In this document: piece after piece, positions 28,650 through 39,636 of the stretch
Numbering within the stretch: position 1 is the stretch's first letter
How the letters are laid out: each line of letters starts with the position of its first letter
NCBI GenBank assembly: GCA_902540805.1
Contig: CACBON010000003.1
Location: 23,057-87,056, forward strand
Reading direction: 5' to 3'
Source of the DNA: an uncultured Alphaproteobacteria bacterium
GTDB lineage: Bacteria > Pseudomonadota > Alphaproteobacteria > Methylaequorales > Methylaequoraceae
Length of the DNA stretch: 64,000 nt
Notes under the pieces: model-generated
Database searches by the model: none
The model's input: the letters and a program-made list of their open reading frames with translations, nothing else
What the model was told of the DNA's origin: nothing
Made by a program: the position numbers and the translations under genes

Positions 28650-29990
28650 ATGGATAAGAATTTTCTAAAAACTATTCTCGACAGACTGTCAAAAAAGGGT
28701 TGTCATGAAGCTGATGTTTTCTTTTCAAATATTAAAACATCAAGTTGTTCCTCAAGGCTTGGTAAAATCGAAAAAAAAGAAGAGTCATCTACATGTGAAA
28801 TTGGCATTAGGGCAATTATTGATAAGAAGCAGTCCATTGTGTCAACAACCAATCTAGAAACACAAAATATTTATAATCTAACTGAAAAAGTTGTCGACAT
28901 GGCTAAAGTGGTTCCAGAAAATCAATATTGTGGTTTAGCTGAATCTGATCAAATAAAGGGAGTAAGTAAAGAAGAAGTTGAAAAATTAAATTTATGCGAC
29001 CCTTATGAACCTTCAATGAGTTTACTCAAAGAAGAAGTTATTAAGCTCGAAGAAAGTGCTTTACAAAATAAAGAAATCACAAATTCTGAAGGAGCTGAAA
29101 TTGCATTTTCAAAAAATTCATTTTGTCTTCTTGGTTCAAATGGACTTGAGATTGAGATGGAAAAAACACATAGTGATTTTATAATTGCAGTTCTTGCAGG
29201 TTCAAAGGATTCAATGGAAAGAGAATATGATTATAAATCTAAAGTGTTTTATAATGAATTAGGTGATTTTGAAAAAATTGGAAAAGAAGTTTCACAAAAT
29301 GCAATAAAAAAATTAAATTCTAGAAAATTGAAGACTTGCAAATCAGATGTAATATTTGACTCAAAAGTTTCTTCGAGTCTTCTTCGAAATTTATTTAGTG
29401 CAAGTAATGCCCAATCGATAATCAAGGGAATAAGCTTTCTCAAAGACAAAATGGAGAAAAAAATCTTTAATGATCAGATTTCAATAGTTGATAATCCACT
29501 AATGCCAAAGAAATTAAGATCAAAAATCTCAGATTGTGAAGGTATTAAATCAAATAAAAAATTTTTAATTGAAAATGGATATTTAAAATTTTTCTTTAAT
29601 TCGCTTGCCTCAGCCAAGCAAATCGAACATGAGCCGTCAGGTCACGCGACTAGATCGGCTTCTTCAATTCCTTCTGTTTCGTATTCAAATTTATATATGG
29701 ATAATGGTGAGGTATCAAAAGAAGATATGATAAAATCTTTAAAAAATGGTCTTTTGATTACGGAACTCATGGGTAGTTCTATAAATTATTCAAATGGAGA
29801 CTACAGTAGAGGCGCATCAGGTTTTTGGATTGAGAATGGTGAAATTTGTTATCCTGTTTCAGAAATTACTATCGCAGGGAATCTTGAAGATATTTTCATG
29901 TCATTAATTCCAGCAAACGACCTGGAGTTTAATTTTGGATTAAACGCGCCCTCATGCCTTGTAGAAAACTTAACTCTTGGTGGAAAATAA
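28650..29990 (+). CDS. pmbA: Metalloprotease modulator PmbA/TldE
   Basis: It belongs to the PmbA_TldD family but lacks the HExxH-like site of TldD. The C-terminus is ITIAGNL.D.F and ends GG. Confidence 0.85.
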   Translation: MDKNFLKTILDRLSKKGCHEADVFFSNIKTSSCSSRLGKIEKKEESSTCEIGIRAIIDKKQSIVSTTNLETQNIYNLTEKVVDMAKVVPENQYCGLAESDQIKGVSKEEVEKLNLCDPYEPSMSLLKEEVIKLEESALQNKEITNSEGAEIAFSKNSFCLLGSNGLEIEMEKTHSDFIIAVLAGSKDSMEREYDYKSKVFYNELGDFEKIGKEVSQNAIKKLNSRKLKTCKSDVIFDSKVSSSLLRNLFSASNAQSIIKGISFLKDKMEKKIFNDQISIVDNPLMPKKLRSKISDCEGIKSNKKFLIENGYLKFFFNSLASAKQIEHEPSGHATRSASSIPSVSYSNLYMDNGEVSKEDMIKSLKNGLLITELMGSSINYSNGDYSRGASGFWIENGEICYPVSEITIAGNLEDIFMSLIPANDLEFNFGLNAPSCLVENLTLGGK

Positions 29991-30785
29991 TTGTCTGAAC
30001 CATTTTTATCTTCCTTTCTTGAGGATATTTCAAAAAAGGCAATATTGGAAGCCGGTCAAATTGCAATATCACTTAAAGATAGTGTTACAGTTAGGTATAA
30101 ATCAGAGAATCAACCAGTTACTAATGTAGATGTAAAGATTGATAATTTTTTAAAATCATTTTTAAAAAAAAACACACCCACTTATGGTTGGATATCTGAA
30201 GAATCAAATGATGATGGATCAAGATTTAGTTCTGAGTTTTTTTGGTGTGTAGATCCAATCGATGGAACGAGATCTTACATAAATAAAAAACCAGAATATA
30301 CGATCTCATTGGCTCTCATAAAAAAGAATGAGCCAGTAATGGGTCTAGTTTATAACCCTGAAACCAAAGAACTTTTCTTTGCTGAAAAAAATAAAGGCGC
30401 ATTTTGCAATGAACAAAAAATTAAAGTAAATCAAAATAAAGATCTCTATACTTCAACTTACGGAATAAGTAGCTCTGAAATAAAAAAAATAAAGAAATAC
30501 AAATGTTTTAATCAAGACAATACAATTAAAATGGGTTCTATAGCATATAAAATTGCTTTAGTTGCAAAAGGAACAATGGATATCGCAATAAGTTTTACAA
30601 AAAAGAATGACTGGGACATTGCTGCAGCTGATCTAATATTGAGAGAAGCCGGAGGAATTCTTAAAAATATTACTGGCAATAAAACAATCTATAATAGTGA
30701 TCAAATGCAAGTAGATTCTGTATTAGCTAGTAATGGTGTATTAATTGAAAAATTAAGTACTGAATTAAATGAATGTAAAAAATAA
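29991..30785 (+). CDS. Inositol monophosphatase family protein (CysQ-like 3'(2'),5'-bisphosphate nucleotidase)
   Basis: ISEES and WCVDPIDGT are metal-binding motifs, and the WD.AA motif is present. The TTG start follows the pmbA stop directly. Confidence 0.75.
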   Translation: MSEPFLSSFLEDISKKAILEAGQIAISLKDSVTVRYKSENQPVTNVDVKIDNFLKSFLKKNTPTYGWISEESNDDGSRFSSEFFWCVDPIDGTRSYINKKPEYTISLALIKKNEPVMGLVYNPETKELFFAEKNKGAFCNEQKIKVNQNKDLYTSTYGISSSEIKKIKKYKCFNQDNTIKMGSIAYKIALVAKGTMDIAISFTKKNDWDIAAADLILREAGGILKNITGNKTIYNSDQMQVDSVLASNGVLIEKLSTELNECKK

Positions 30786-32547
30786 AAACACTATAAAATT
30801 ACTGAAACGTCTTTTTGCAAATTATGTAAAAAAACATCACTCTAAACTGGTTATCTCTATTTTTTGTATGATTGTGGTAGCGGGTGCTACAGCATTAAAT
30901 GCATGGATGATGCAACCAGTTCTTGATGAAATATTCATAAATAAAAATAAAAAGCTAATTGTTCTTATTCCAATTGCTATTGTAATAATTGCATTTTTAA
31001 AAGGTATAGCCTCTTATATACAATCAATTTACATGAGTTTTATTGGCTACAAATTAGTCGCAGATATTCAAAATCAGATGTTTAGAGCAGCTATTAGATT
31101 TGACTTGTCTTATCATAATGAAGTTAATTCTGGAACAATTGTATCAAGGTTCATCGCAGATGTAGGTGCATTATCAAGAGGAGTTCATAACGTAATAATA
31201 AATATAATTAAAGATTCATTGACATTTGTTTTTTTGATTGCCGTGATGTTTTATCATGATATAAAGCTTGCGATCTTGGCACTTTTTGTTTTTCCTGTAG
31301 CTATTTATCCCATAAGAAGAATAGGCAAGAGATTAAGAAAAATTTCTAAAAGCACCCAAGTTGGATTCGGTAAGCTTACATCAAAGTTATCAGAATCGTT
31401 TTCAGCAATTAAAACAATTAAAGCCTTCGGTTCTGAAAACTTTGAATCAAAAAGAATTGATAAAGAAATATTTAATATTTTTAACCTTACTTACAAATCA
31501 ACAAAAGTTAATTCCATTGCAAGACCTTTAATGGAAATGATCAGTGGATGTGCTATAGGGGGTATAATTTTCATTGGGGGGAGTCAGGTTATTTTGGGGC
31601 AGACTACTCCTGGTACTTTTTTTTCATTTCTTACAGCTTTATTGATGGCTTATCAACCAGTCAAATCGTTGGCAAGTTTGAACGCAACCCTTCAAATCGC
31701 TATGGCCTCAGCAGAAAGAGTTTTTGAAATATTAGATAAAAAACCTTTAATAAAAGAAACAAAACTTCCCAAAGATAATTTTTTAAATTTTGAAGACAAA
31801 AATAATATAAACATTTCAAAAATTTCTTTTAAATATCCTAATTCAACTAAACTCATTCTAAAAAATATTAATCTAGAAATCTATAATGGTGAAAGAGTTG
31901 CTTTGGTCGGATATTCTGGGGCTGGAAAAACAACCCTACTAAATCTTTTACCCAGATTTTTTGATCCGTATAGAGGTAAAATTGAAATTGGTGGAATTGA
32001 TATTAAAAATCTGAGTTTTAACTTTATAAGAAACTATTTCTCTCTAGTCAGCCAAGATATTGTGTTATTTGACGAAACTGTGAAATATAATATTTCTTAT
32101 GGCTCAAAAAAATATTCTAAATCAGATCTTCAGAATGCTTGCAAAAAGTCTCACTGTACAGAATTTATTAAAAAATTTCCGCAAGGCTTAAATGAAATAA
32201 TTGGTGAAAATGGTTCTAAGCTCTCAGGAGGTCAGAAACAAAGGGTTGCAATTGCACGTGCTTTTATTAGAAACTCTCCATTTCTTCTTTTAGATGAAGC
32301 GACTTCCTCATTGGATTCTAGGTCAGAGAAAAAAATTCAAGATTCATTGGACAAACTAATCTCAAATAAAACTGCATTAATTATTGCACATAGATTATCA
32401 ACTGTGATTGATGCAGATAGAATAGTAATAATTAATAATGGGGAAATTGTAGACATTGGGAAACATTCCAGTTTAATAAAGAGCTCTAAAATTTATAAAC
32501 ATCTGCACGAGTTACAATTTAAAACAAAAAATGAAAAGAATTCTTAA
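30769..32547 (+). CDS. msbA: ABC transporter permease/ATPase, MsbA-like lipid A exporter
   Basis: It has a six-TM N-domain, Walker A GYSGAGKTT, signature LSGGQKQR and Walker B LLLDEATS. It is followed by DUF374-waaA-lpxK. Confidence 0.8.
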   Translation: MNVKNKNTIKLLKRLFANYVKKHHSKLVISIFCMIVVAGATALNAWMMQPVLDEIFINKNKKLIVLIPIAIVIIAFLKGIASYIQSIYMSFIGYKLVADIQNQMFRAAIRFDLSYHNEVNSGTIVSRFIADVGALSRGVHNVIINIIKDSLTFVFLIAVMFYHDIKLAILALFVFPVAIYPIRRIGKRLRKISKSTQVGFGKLTSKLSESFSAIKTIKAFGSENFESKRIDKEIFNIFNLTYKSTKVNSIARPLMEMISGCAIGGIIFIGGSQVILGQTTPGTFFSFLTALLMAYQPVKSLASLNATLQIAMASAERVFEILDKKPLIKETKLPKDNFLNFEDKNNINISKISFKYPNSTKLILKNINLEIYNGERVALVGYSGAGKTTLLNLLPRFFDPYRGKIEIGGIDIKNLSFNFIRNYFSLVSQDIVLFDETVKYNISYGSKKYSKSDLQNACKKSHCTEFIKKFPQGLNEIIGENGSKLSGGQKQRVAIARAFIRNSPFLLLDEATSSLDSRSEKKIQDSLDKLISNKTALIIAHRLSTVIDADRIVIINNGEIVDIGKHSSLIKSSKIYKHLHELQFKTKNEKNS

Positions 32548-33184
32548 ACATAAATATTTTCAGTTATTTTTAGGTTGGTTAATATCATTCTACATAAAAC
32601 TTTGCTTTCAAACCTCAATTTGGGTTACAAAAAATTCAGAAATAGTAGAAAAATGCATTAAAACAAATAAAAGCTTTATCGTCTGCTTTTGGCATAACAG
32701 ACTGCTTATGACAGTTTTTTGCTGGAAGTGGTCACAAGAATTTAAGATGCTTATTTCTGGACACACAGACGGAAAAATAATTTCAAATGCAATATCACAT
32801 TTTGGGATTCAAACAATCACAGGATCAGCTAGAAAAAATAATGTATCTTCCTTGAAAGAGATATTAAAACAAATTGATAATAATAGTATCATAGGAATTA
32901 CTCCTGATGGACCTAAAGGGCCAAATGAGGAAGTAAAAGAGGGACTCATCTCAATTTTAAAAAAAACAAATGTCTCTGTATTACCATTAAGTTATTCAGC
33001 TAAATTTAAATTTACATTAAACACTTGGGATAGATTTATTTTTGTAACACCTTTGAATAAATTTGTCACTGTTTGGGGAAATCCATTTAAATTTGATAAA
33101 AATAAAACACTTGCTGAAAATAAATTAATTCTAGAACAAGAAATAAAAAGAGTAACGATGTTATCAGATAATCTTTCAAAATAA
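32531..33184 (+). CDS. DUF374 domain protein (lysophospholipid acyltransferase-like)
   Basis: FWHNRLLM and ITPDGPKGP are present. The conserved position is upstream of waaA. Confidence 0.7.
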   Translation: MKRILKHKYFQLFLGWLISFYIKLCFQTSIWVTKNSEIVEKCIKTNKSFIVCFWHNRLLMTVFCWKWSQEFKMLISGHTDGKIISNAISHFGIQTITGSARKNNVSSLKEILKQIDNNSIIGITPDGPKGPNEEVKEGLISILKKTNVSVLPLSYSAKFKFTLNTWDRFIFVTPLNKFVTVWGNPFKFDKNKTLAENKLILEQEIKRVTMLSDNLSK

Positions 33185-33186
33185 TC

Positions 33187-34434
33187 ATGTGGCTATTAAT
33201 TTATAGATACTTGTCAAATATTTTTTTCATTCCTATTTTATTCTTTTTTTTTCTGCGATTCCTTGTTTCTAAAGAAACTATTTCGAGTGTTCTTGAAAAA
33301 TTTTCAATTTCAAGAAAAAAAAGACCTAAGGGAGATTTAATTTGGATTAATGGGGTAAGCGTTGGTGAGGCAAAGACGGGAATCACAGTCGCTAAAGAAA
33401 TAAAGAAAATAAAACCTAAATCTTCAATTTTATTTAGCACATCTACGCTAAGCGCATATGATTTATTATCCAAATCCAAAAATAATTTTGTTGTTGTTTT
33501 TTTTCCTTTAGATATAAATTTCATAGTTAAGAGATTTATAAAATATTGGAGACCAAGTTCAGTAATTTTTATTGAGTCTGAGATTTGGCCAAATGTTTTT
33601 TATATTTTAAAACAAAAGTTTATTAAACTTACGATTTTAAACGCTCGAATATCAAAAAAATCATTTATCAATTGGAAAAGACTAAATTTTTTTTCTAAAT
33701 CAGTGTTTCCGCTAATTGATCAGTGTTTTACACAAAATAATGATTCATTGAAAAGGTTTAAGGAACTTGGAACTCAAAATGTAAAAAGAATACAAAACTT
33801 AAAATATATTTCTCAAACTTTAGAGGTTGACAGTATAGCTTACAATAAAATTTTTAAAGAACTTAAGTCAAAAAGGGTTGTTACTTTATTTAGTTCACAT
33901 GAGGGGGAAGAAAAAATGTTTGCGGAAATTTATGGAGTTCTGTCCAAAAGAATATGTAACCTTTTTTTTATTATTATTCCTAGACATACTAGCAGAATAA
34001 AAAAAATTACAGATCAATTTAATAAAGATAAGTTTTTATTTCTTTTAAGAAATGAAAGTAATTTCAAAATTTCTAATGAAGAGATTTTATTAGTTGATAC
34101 ATTTGGTGAATTAGGAATTTTTTTTAAATTATCAGAAATTGCAATTGTCGGTGGTTCATTTAGCAACCATGGCGGACACAACCCAATAGAAACAAAAGAT
34201 TTTAATTGTTCATTGATCTTTGGCCCCCACATGGAAAACTTTGAGGATATAAAAGCCGACATTGTTAAATATAAAGCGGGTTTTGAAGTTGAAAATTCAT
34301 CTCAGCTTATTCGGATGATTTCAAGACTTTTAAAAGACAAAAAATTAAATAGAGAAACTAATAGAAAGTTTAAAACTCTTTGTAAAAGTCAGTTTTACAA
34401 GTCAAAGTCTATTCTAAGAAGTGTTATAAAATGA
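33187..34434 (+). CDS. waaA: 3-deoxy-D-manno-octulosonic acid (Kdo) transferase
   Basis: WINGVSVGE and GGSF...GGHNP.E are present. The size is about 415 aa with an N-terminal TM segment. Confidence 0.88.
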   Translation: MWLLIYRYLSNIFFIPILFFFFLRFLVSKETISSVLEKFSISRKKRPKGDLIWINGVSVGEAKTGITVAKEIKKIKPKSSILFSTSTLSAYDLLSKSKNNFVVVFFPLDINFIVKRFIKYWRPSSVIFIESEIWPNVFYILKQKFIKLTILNARISKKSFINWKRLNFFSKSVFPLIDQCFTQNNDSLKRFKELGTQNVKRIQNLKYISQTLEVDSIAYNKIFKELKSKRVVTLFSSHEGEEKMFAEIYGVLSKRICNLFFIIIPRHTSRIKKITDQFNKDKFLFLLRNESNFKISNEEILLVDTFGELGIFFKLSEIAIVGGSFSNHGGHNPIETKDFNCSLIFGPHMENFEDIKADIVKYKAGFEVENSSQLIRMISRLLKDKKLNRETNRKFKTLCKSQFYKSKSILRSVIK

Positions 34435-35393
34435 TGCAAAAAATTTGGAAATCTAAAAATTTTTTAAGCTTATTACTCTTTCCTTTTTCAATATTATACT
34501 ATTTATGTTTTATTATTTACAAAATAAGTAACAAAGAAAAGAAATGTAACATTCCAGTTTTATGTGTTGGAAATATTACACTTGGTGGAGCTGGAAAAAC
34601 TCCAACTGTAATAGAAATGAGACAAATTCTAACAAAAAATTTTAAAAAAATATTTGTTTTAACGAGAGGTTATAAAGGAACAGCAAAAGGTCCTTTGATA
34701 GTCTCAAAGGATCACTCATTTCACGAAGTTGGAGAGGAAAGTCTTTTACATTCACACTTTGGCTTGACCTGTGTCTCCAAAAAAAAATTTTCTGGAGCCA
34801 AGTTTTGTGAGGCTCAGGGTGGTGAGTTAATAATAATGGATGACGGTTTGCAGAGTATAGATATAAAAAAGAATTGTAAAGTTTTAGTTATTGATAGTGA
34901 TTATGGTTTTGGTAATAAAAACATTTTTCCGTCAGGTCCTTTAAGAGAAACAATAAGTAGTGGTATTAAAAATTGCGATCTAATTCTAATTATTGGAAAC
35001 AATAGTAATATCTTAAAAAAAAATATGATTCCAAAACAAAAAGTTTTTATGGCAAAAAAAGAAATAAGTATCGAATCATGCAAAAATAAAAACTTATTTG
35101 TATTTTCAGCACTTGGTAACAATACAAATTTTCACAATTCACTTTTACATTCCGGTTTTACAATCAAAAGAATAAAAAGTTTCTCCGATCACTACATTTT
35201 CAAAAAAAATGATATTTTGAGCATACTAAATTTAGCAAAAAAAGAAAATCTGACAGTTGTCTGTACAAAAAAAGACTATATAAAAGTACCTGAAGAATTT
35301 AAGAATAAAATAACACCTGTAAATCTAAATTTGAAAATTGAAAAGAAAAACAAATTTGAACAGAGAGTTTTGGAATGCCTTCGTGCTAATTAA
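34431..35393 (+). CDS. lpxK: Tetraacyldisaccharide 4'-kinase
   Basis: VGNITLGGAGKTP is the P-loop, followed by SRGY-like TRGYKG and the motif DDG.Q. Confidence 0.9.
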   Translation: MMQKIWKSKNFLSLLLFPFSILYYLCFIIYKISNKEKKCNIPVLCVGNITLGGAGKTPTVIEMRQILTKNFKKIFVLTRGYKGTAKGPLIVSKDHSFHEVGEESLLHSHFGLTCVSKKKFSGAKFCEAQGGELIIMDDGLQSIDIKKNCKVLVIDSDYGFGNKNIFPSGPLRETISSGIKNCDLILIIGNNSNILKKNMIPKQKVFMAKKEISIESCKNKNLFVFSALGNNTNFHNSLLHSGFTIKRIKSFSDHYIFKKNDILSILNLAKKENLTVVCTKKDYIKVPEEFKNKITPVNLNLKIEKKNKFEQRVLECLRAN

Positions 35394-36180
35394 GTTCATA
35401 TTTTAAAAGGACCTCTGGATCAACAGATGTATTATTCAAATAAACACCCCAATGAAGATGAGGACCTGTTGCTCTACCTGTCATACCAATTGACCCAATT
35501 TTTTGACCTTGCAACACTTTTTCTCCTTCTACAACAAAAACCTCCTTCAAGTGAGCAAAAATTGAAATTAGTCCCAAACCATGATCCATTATCACAGTAT
35601 TTCCGGTGAAGAACATATCCTCTTCCACTAATTTGATAATTCCTGAAGAAGGGGCAATTACACTTGTACCCTCCTTTGCAGCAATATCTATTCCAGCATG
35701 AGGTCTTCTTGGTTTGGAATTAAGGATTCGTTGACTTCCATAAAATCCTGACATTCTTCCTTTTGAAGGTAATATAAATTTTTCATTAAAAAGTCTTGTT
35801 TTGTAACCAATTAATTTTGCCTTTTTTATTTTGTTCTGATCAGATATTATTTTGTTTAAATCCTCTTTCGATGGTTCAACCTTTTTCCTGGGAAGACCTT
35901 TAATATTTTCAATTTTGTATTTTTTTTTGGAAACTGTGAATTTTTTTACTTTATCATTTATTTCAATTTTTACATTATCTTTATATTTTCTCCCAAATGC
36001 ATAGATAAATCTTCCTTTTTCAAAAACTTCGACTTGTTTATTGTCAATTTTTAATTTACTTCCATTCTCAAGATTTCCTGTTATGACCCCTCCCTCGCAA
36101 AAACAACCGAAAATTTTAGGAAATGTTTCAGCTTTAAAATTTACTGGAAAAATAAGAATGATAAAAAAAATTAAAAACAT
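35386..36180 (-). CDS. M23-family metallopeptidase (LytM-type)
   Basis: HAGIDIAA..GT.V.AP and GPHLHWGV are the zinc ligand motifs. An N-terminal signal peptide is present. Confidence 0.85.
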   Translation of the reverse strand: MFLIFFIILIFPVNFKAETFPKIFGCFCEGGVITGNLENGSKLKIDNKQVEVFEKGRFIYAFGRKYKDNVKIEINDKVKKFTVSKKKYKIENIKGLPRKKVEPSKEDLNKIISDQNKIKKAKLIGYKTRLFNEKFILPSKGRMSGFYGSQRILNSKPRRPHAGIDIAAKEGTSVIAPSSGIIKLVEEDMFFTGNTVIMDHGLGLISIFAHLKEVFVVEGEKVLQGQKIGSIGMTGRATGPHLHWGVYLNNTSVDPEVLLKYELN

Positions 36181-37505
36181 TATATTTTTTTAGCTTTAGT
36201 TTTACTTGTTGCAAACTCTATCTCAATTTTATCATTATGTTTAATCTCTAAATCATTTTTGATTATAACATCTTCTTTTCTAATAACAGCAAAACCCCTC
36301 TTCAATGTTTGTTTATATGACAAAATTGAAAGTTCTTTAGATTTTGAATTAAATCGTTCTTTTTTAATACCAAGATTCTGATTTACAAGAAAAGTACTTT
36401 TTTCAAAATTATTTAAAACTTTAGATAACTCTAGTTTCACCATATTAGATAAATTACTAGGTGAAAACTTTTGGATAACTCTGTATAAATTTATCTTCAT
36501 ATTTTTAAAAACTGAGTTTAAAAAATTTTTTAGACCTTGTTCATGGTAATCTAATTCCTGAAAATGATTATTCACTGTTTCTATTAATTCGGGTATTTTA
36601 GACGATAATAATTTAAGACTTAATTTGTGGTTATCAAAAAAATGAGCAAATATCTTTTTTAATTTACTTTCTGAATCCAATAATCTAATAAGAATTTCCT
36701 TTCTATTAGGTAATATCATTTCAACTGCAGCTGAAGGTGTTGGAGCTCTGAGATCAGAGACAAGATCACACAAAGTGTAATCTGTTTCGTGTCCAACAGC
36801 AGAAACTATTGGTATTTTTGACTCAAAGATTTTTTTTACCAATAATTCTTCATTAAATGGCATTAAATCCTCTAAACTACCGCCTCCTCTGGCAATTATT
36901 ATAACGTCAACTGAATTGTCTTTTTTAATATTAAAATACTCAATCCCTCTAATTATGTCATCTAAGCATTTTTCTCCCTGAACATTTGAGGGATAAATTA
37001 GTAATTTTGTTGGAAATCTATCAGATACTCTGTGAATTATATCTTTGATAACTGCTCCCGATTCTGATGTGATAACCCCAATTGAATTTGGAAATTTCGA
37101 GATTTCTTTCTTTTTTGATTCATCAAAAAAACCAAGTTCAGCTAATCTTCTTTTTCTTTGTTCAAGAAGTTTTAACAAATTGCCTTCGCCCTCAAAAACC
37201 ATTTGCTGAACAATCAATTGATACTTGGATTGTTGTGAGTATGTTGTAACTTTCCCTTTGATTTCAACTTTTATACCATCTTCTAGATTTATTTTGAGAC
37301 GGGGGACAACTGATCTCCAACAAATAGCAGAAATAACACTTTCTTCATCCTTCAATGAAAAATAGATATGACCAGAACCATGTTTCTTCACTTGTGACAC
37401 TTCTCCAATAACTGAAACAATTTGAAATTTATTTTCTATCAAATTTTTGATAGAATGATTTAATTGAGAGACTGTGAATTTTTCAATATTTGAAAGAATA
37501 TTCAT
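36180..37505 (-). CDS. xseA: Exodeoxyribonuclease VII large subunit
   Basis: It has an OB-fold N-terminus (GEVSQ.K.H.SGH.YF.LKD), the motifs ARGGGS.EDL and VGHE.D, and a coiled-coil tail. Confidence 0.9.
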   Translation of the reverse strand: MNILSNIEKFTVSQLNHSIKNLIENKFQIVSVIGEVSQVKKHGSGHIYFSLKDEESVISAICWRSVVPRLKINLEDGIKVEIKGKVTTYSQQSKYQLIVQQMVFEGEGNLLKLLEQRKRRLAELGFFDESKKKEISKFPNSIGVITSESGAVIKDIIHRVSDRFPTKLLIYPSNVQGEKCLDDIIRGIEYFNIKKDNSVDVIIIARGGGSLEDLMPFNEELLVKKIFESKIPIVSAVGHETDYTLCDLVSDLRAPTPSAAVEMILPNRKEILIRLLDSESKLKKIFAHFFDNHKLSLKLLSSKIPELIETVNNHFQELDYHEQGLKNFLNSVFKNMKINLYRVIQKFSPSNLSNMVKLELSKVLNNFEKSTFLVNQNLGIKKERFNSKSKELSILSYKQTLKRGFAVIRKEDVIIKNDLEIKHNDKIEIEFATSKTKAKKI

Positions 37506-37547
37506 GTTTCAAATTTAGTTTAAAAAAATCAAAAAAGGAATAAATTC

Positions 37548-38813
37548 TTGAATATTTTAGTCTTAGGTGGTGGTGGAAGAGAACATGCAATATGCTGGGC
37601 TGTAAGAAAATCCAGAAAATGTCATTCTTTATTCTGCATCCCAGGCAATGCAGGAATATCAGAAATTGCGGTTTGTAAAAACTTAGATTTGAATAAAAAA
37701 AATGAATTAATAAAATTCTGTAAAAAACAAGAAATTGGTTTAGTAATTATTGGTCCTGAACAATTTTTAGAGAAAGGTCTAAGTGATTATATAAGATCAA
37801 AAGGTATACCCGTTTTTGGTCCTAGTAAAAAAGCGTCTAAGCTCGAATCATCGAAGTCTTTTGCAAAAAGATTTCTAATAAAAAACAAAATTAATACAGC
37901 TAAATACAAAGAATTTAAATCGTTTAATTCAGCTGTTCATTATGTATCTGTAACAAAATACCCAATTGTTATAAAAGCAGATGGATTAGCAGCAGGAAAG
38001 GGCGTAATTATTTGCAGAAACAAACGCGAAGCAATCAATGGTTTAGATGAAATAATGAAAAAAAAAAAATTTGGTTCAGCCGGAAAAAAAGTAATAATTG
38101 AGGAATATTTGTCAGGTTTTGAGGTTAGTTATTTCGCTTTCTTTGATAAAAATGGTTTTGCTAAACTAGGTTACGCGCTAGATCACAAAAGAGCTTTTAA
38201 CAATGATGAAGGGCCGAATACCGGGGGAATGGGCTGCTTTAGTCCAACGAGAAAAATGACAAAAAAAATCCAAAATCAAATCGAAAAAAAAATTTTAATT
38301 CCAACATCATTAGGACTTAAAAAAGATAAATTGGTATACAGAGGCATACTTTTTTTTGGTCTAATGATAACCTCACAGGGGCCTTTCGTTATTGAATATA
38401 ATGTAAGATTCGGAGATCCAGAGTGTCAAACTTTATTAAGAAACTTACAAACTGATATTTTAAAAATTATTGATTATAACTTGAAAGATAGGCTTTCTGA
38501 TTTGACCATAAGAAATAAAAAACAATCTGTTGTCTGCGTTGTTGTTGCTTCCAAAGGATATCCTGGCAACTATAAAAAGAATAAAGTTATTAGTAATCTG
38601 TCAAAGGCACAATCTATTAAAGGAGTTGAGATATTCCATGCTGGAACTGCATTAAAAAAAGAAAAAGTAATTTCTTCAGGTGGAAGAGTGCTAGCTGTCA
38701 CTGCACAAGGTAATTCAATCGTACATGCGAGGAAAATTGCATATAAAGCTGTAGAAGCTATTGGTTGGAAGGAAGGTTTTTTTAGAAATGATATTGGTCA
38801 AAAAAATGCATGA
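37548..38813 (+). CDS. purD: Phosphoribosylamine--glycine ligase
   Basis: MNILVLGGGGREHA, KADGLAAGKGV and EYN.RFGDPE are present. Start is TTG. Confidence 0.93.
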   Translation: MNILVLGGGGREHAICWAVRKSRKCHSLFCIPGNAGISEIAVCKNLDLNKKNELIKFCKKQEIGLVIIGPEQFLEKGLSDYIRSKGIPVFGPSKKASKLESSKSFAKRFLIKNKINTAKYKEFKSFNSAVHYVSVTKYPIVIKADGLAAGKGVIICRNKREAINGLDEIMKKKKFGSAGKKVIIEEYLSGFEVSYFAFFDKNGFAKLGYALDHKRAFNNDEGPNTGGMGCFSPTRKMTKKIQNQIEKKILIPTSLGLKKDKLVYRGILFFGLMITSQGPFVIEYNVRFGDPECQTLLRNLQTDILKIIDYNLKDRLSDLTIRNKKQSVVCVVVASKGYPGNYKKNKVISNLSKAQSIKGVEIFHAGTALKKEKVISSGGRVLAVTAQGNSIVHARKIAYKAVEAIGWKEGFFRNDIGQKNA

Positions 38814-39254
38814 TTATCTTTTTTTCTCTAAAGCATTAATTATTAAATCTGAACACTCTTTTTCTTTAAATCCTCCAAAAAATTCATAATTATTATTACT
38901 GGAAAAATAATTTTTTATTTTTCTCTTATGAATTTTTACATTATCTGAAAAAGCACCAAAATAAATTTTTTTTATGCCAACACTTATAATTAACGATTCA
39001 CACATCAAACATGGTTCTAACGTTGTATAAATTGAGAAATTTAAAAGTTTTGTTGTTTTTAATTTCTTACATGCTTTTCGTATTGCAACTATTTCAGCAT
39101 GCGAAGTTGGGTCATGATTCTTTACCATGGAATTTGAAGCACAACTAATTATTTCATTTTTATCGTTTACTAAAACGCAACCAACCGGTATTTCATTTTG
39201 TTTAAATGATTTTTTTGCTAAATCTAAAGCAAGATTCATAAAATATTCATTCAT
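38814..39254 (-). CDS. tadA: tRNA-specific adenosine deaminase
   Basis: HAEIVAIR and PCLMC are the zinc motifs. The ATG at 39254 (MNEYFMNLAL) is preferred over the tracked start at 39302, because it removes the overlap with the upstream gene. Confidence 0.85.
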   Translation of the reverse strand: MNEYFMNLALDLAKKSFKQNEIPVGCVLVNDKNEIISCASNSMVKNHDPTSHAEIVAIRKACKKLKTTKLLNFSIYTTLEPCLMCESLIISVGIKKIYFGAFSDNVKIHKRKIKNYFSSNNNYEFFGGFKEKECSDLIINALEKKR

Positions 39255-39255
39255 A

Positions 39256-39636
39256 TTATATTCTACTCTTTTCGACCAATACTTTTTCACCTTGACGAAC
39301 ATTAACTAGTTTTTTTAAATCAAAACTAGTATTAGCCCAAACATTACATTTGGATGCAAGTCTAATTTCATCTCCGAGAGATATCGGAGTCTTCCCAAAA
39401 CCGATTGCAATAACTTTTCCAGTGGGCCAATAAACTATTTCTCCTAACTGAATAACTTCTTTCGCTTTTTCTTCAATTTCAATACTTACAGAAGTATCAA
39501 AATATATTTCATTTCCCCATGTATGAATATCAGAAGAAATAGGGAGTGAGTTCCAAATTTGAGATGCGGTTAAAGAGTTATTTAAATCAGCAATAATCTC
39601 GTAATTATTTATAAAAATTTTACAACATCTTCGCAT
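39256..39636 (-). CDS. Cyclophilin-like superfamily protein (function unknown)
   Basis: It is 126 aa. The pattern I.A.L....TA..IW..LP......WG.EIYF....I.......V..GEI.YWP.G....GFG resembles the cyclophilin-like/DUF3830 family from memory. Confidence 0.45.
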   Translation of the reverse strand: MRRCCKIFINNYEIIADLNNSLTASQIWNSLPISSDIHTWGNEIYFDTSVSIEIEEKAKEVIQLGEIVYWPTGKVIAIGFGKTPISLGDEIRLASKCNVWANTSFDLKKLVNVRQGEKVLVEKSRI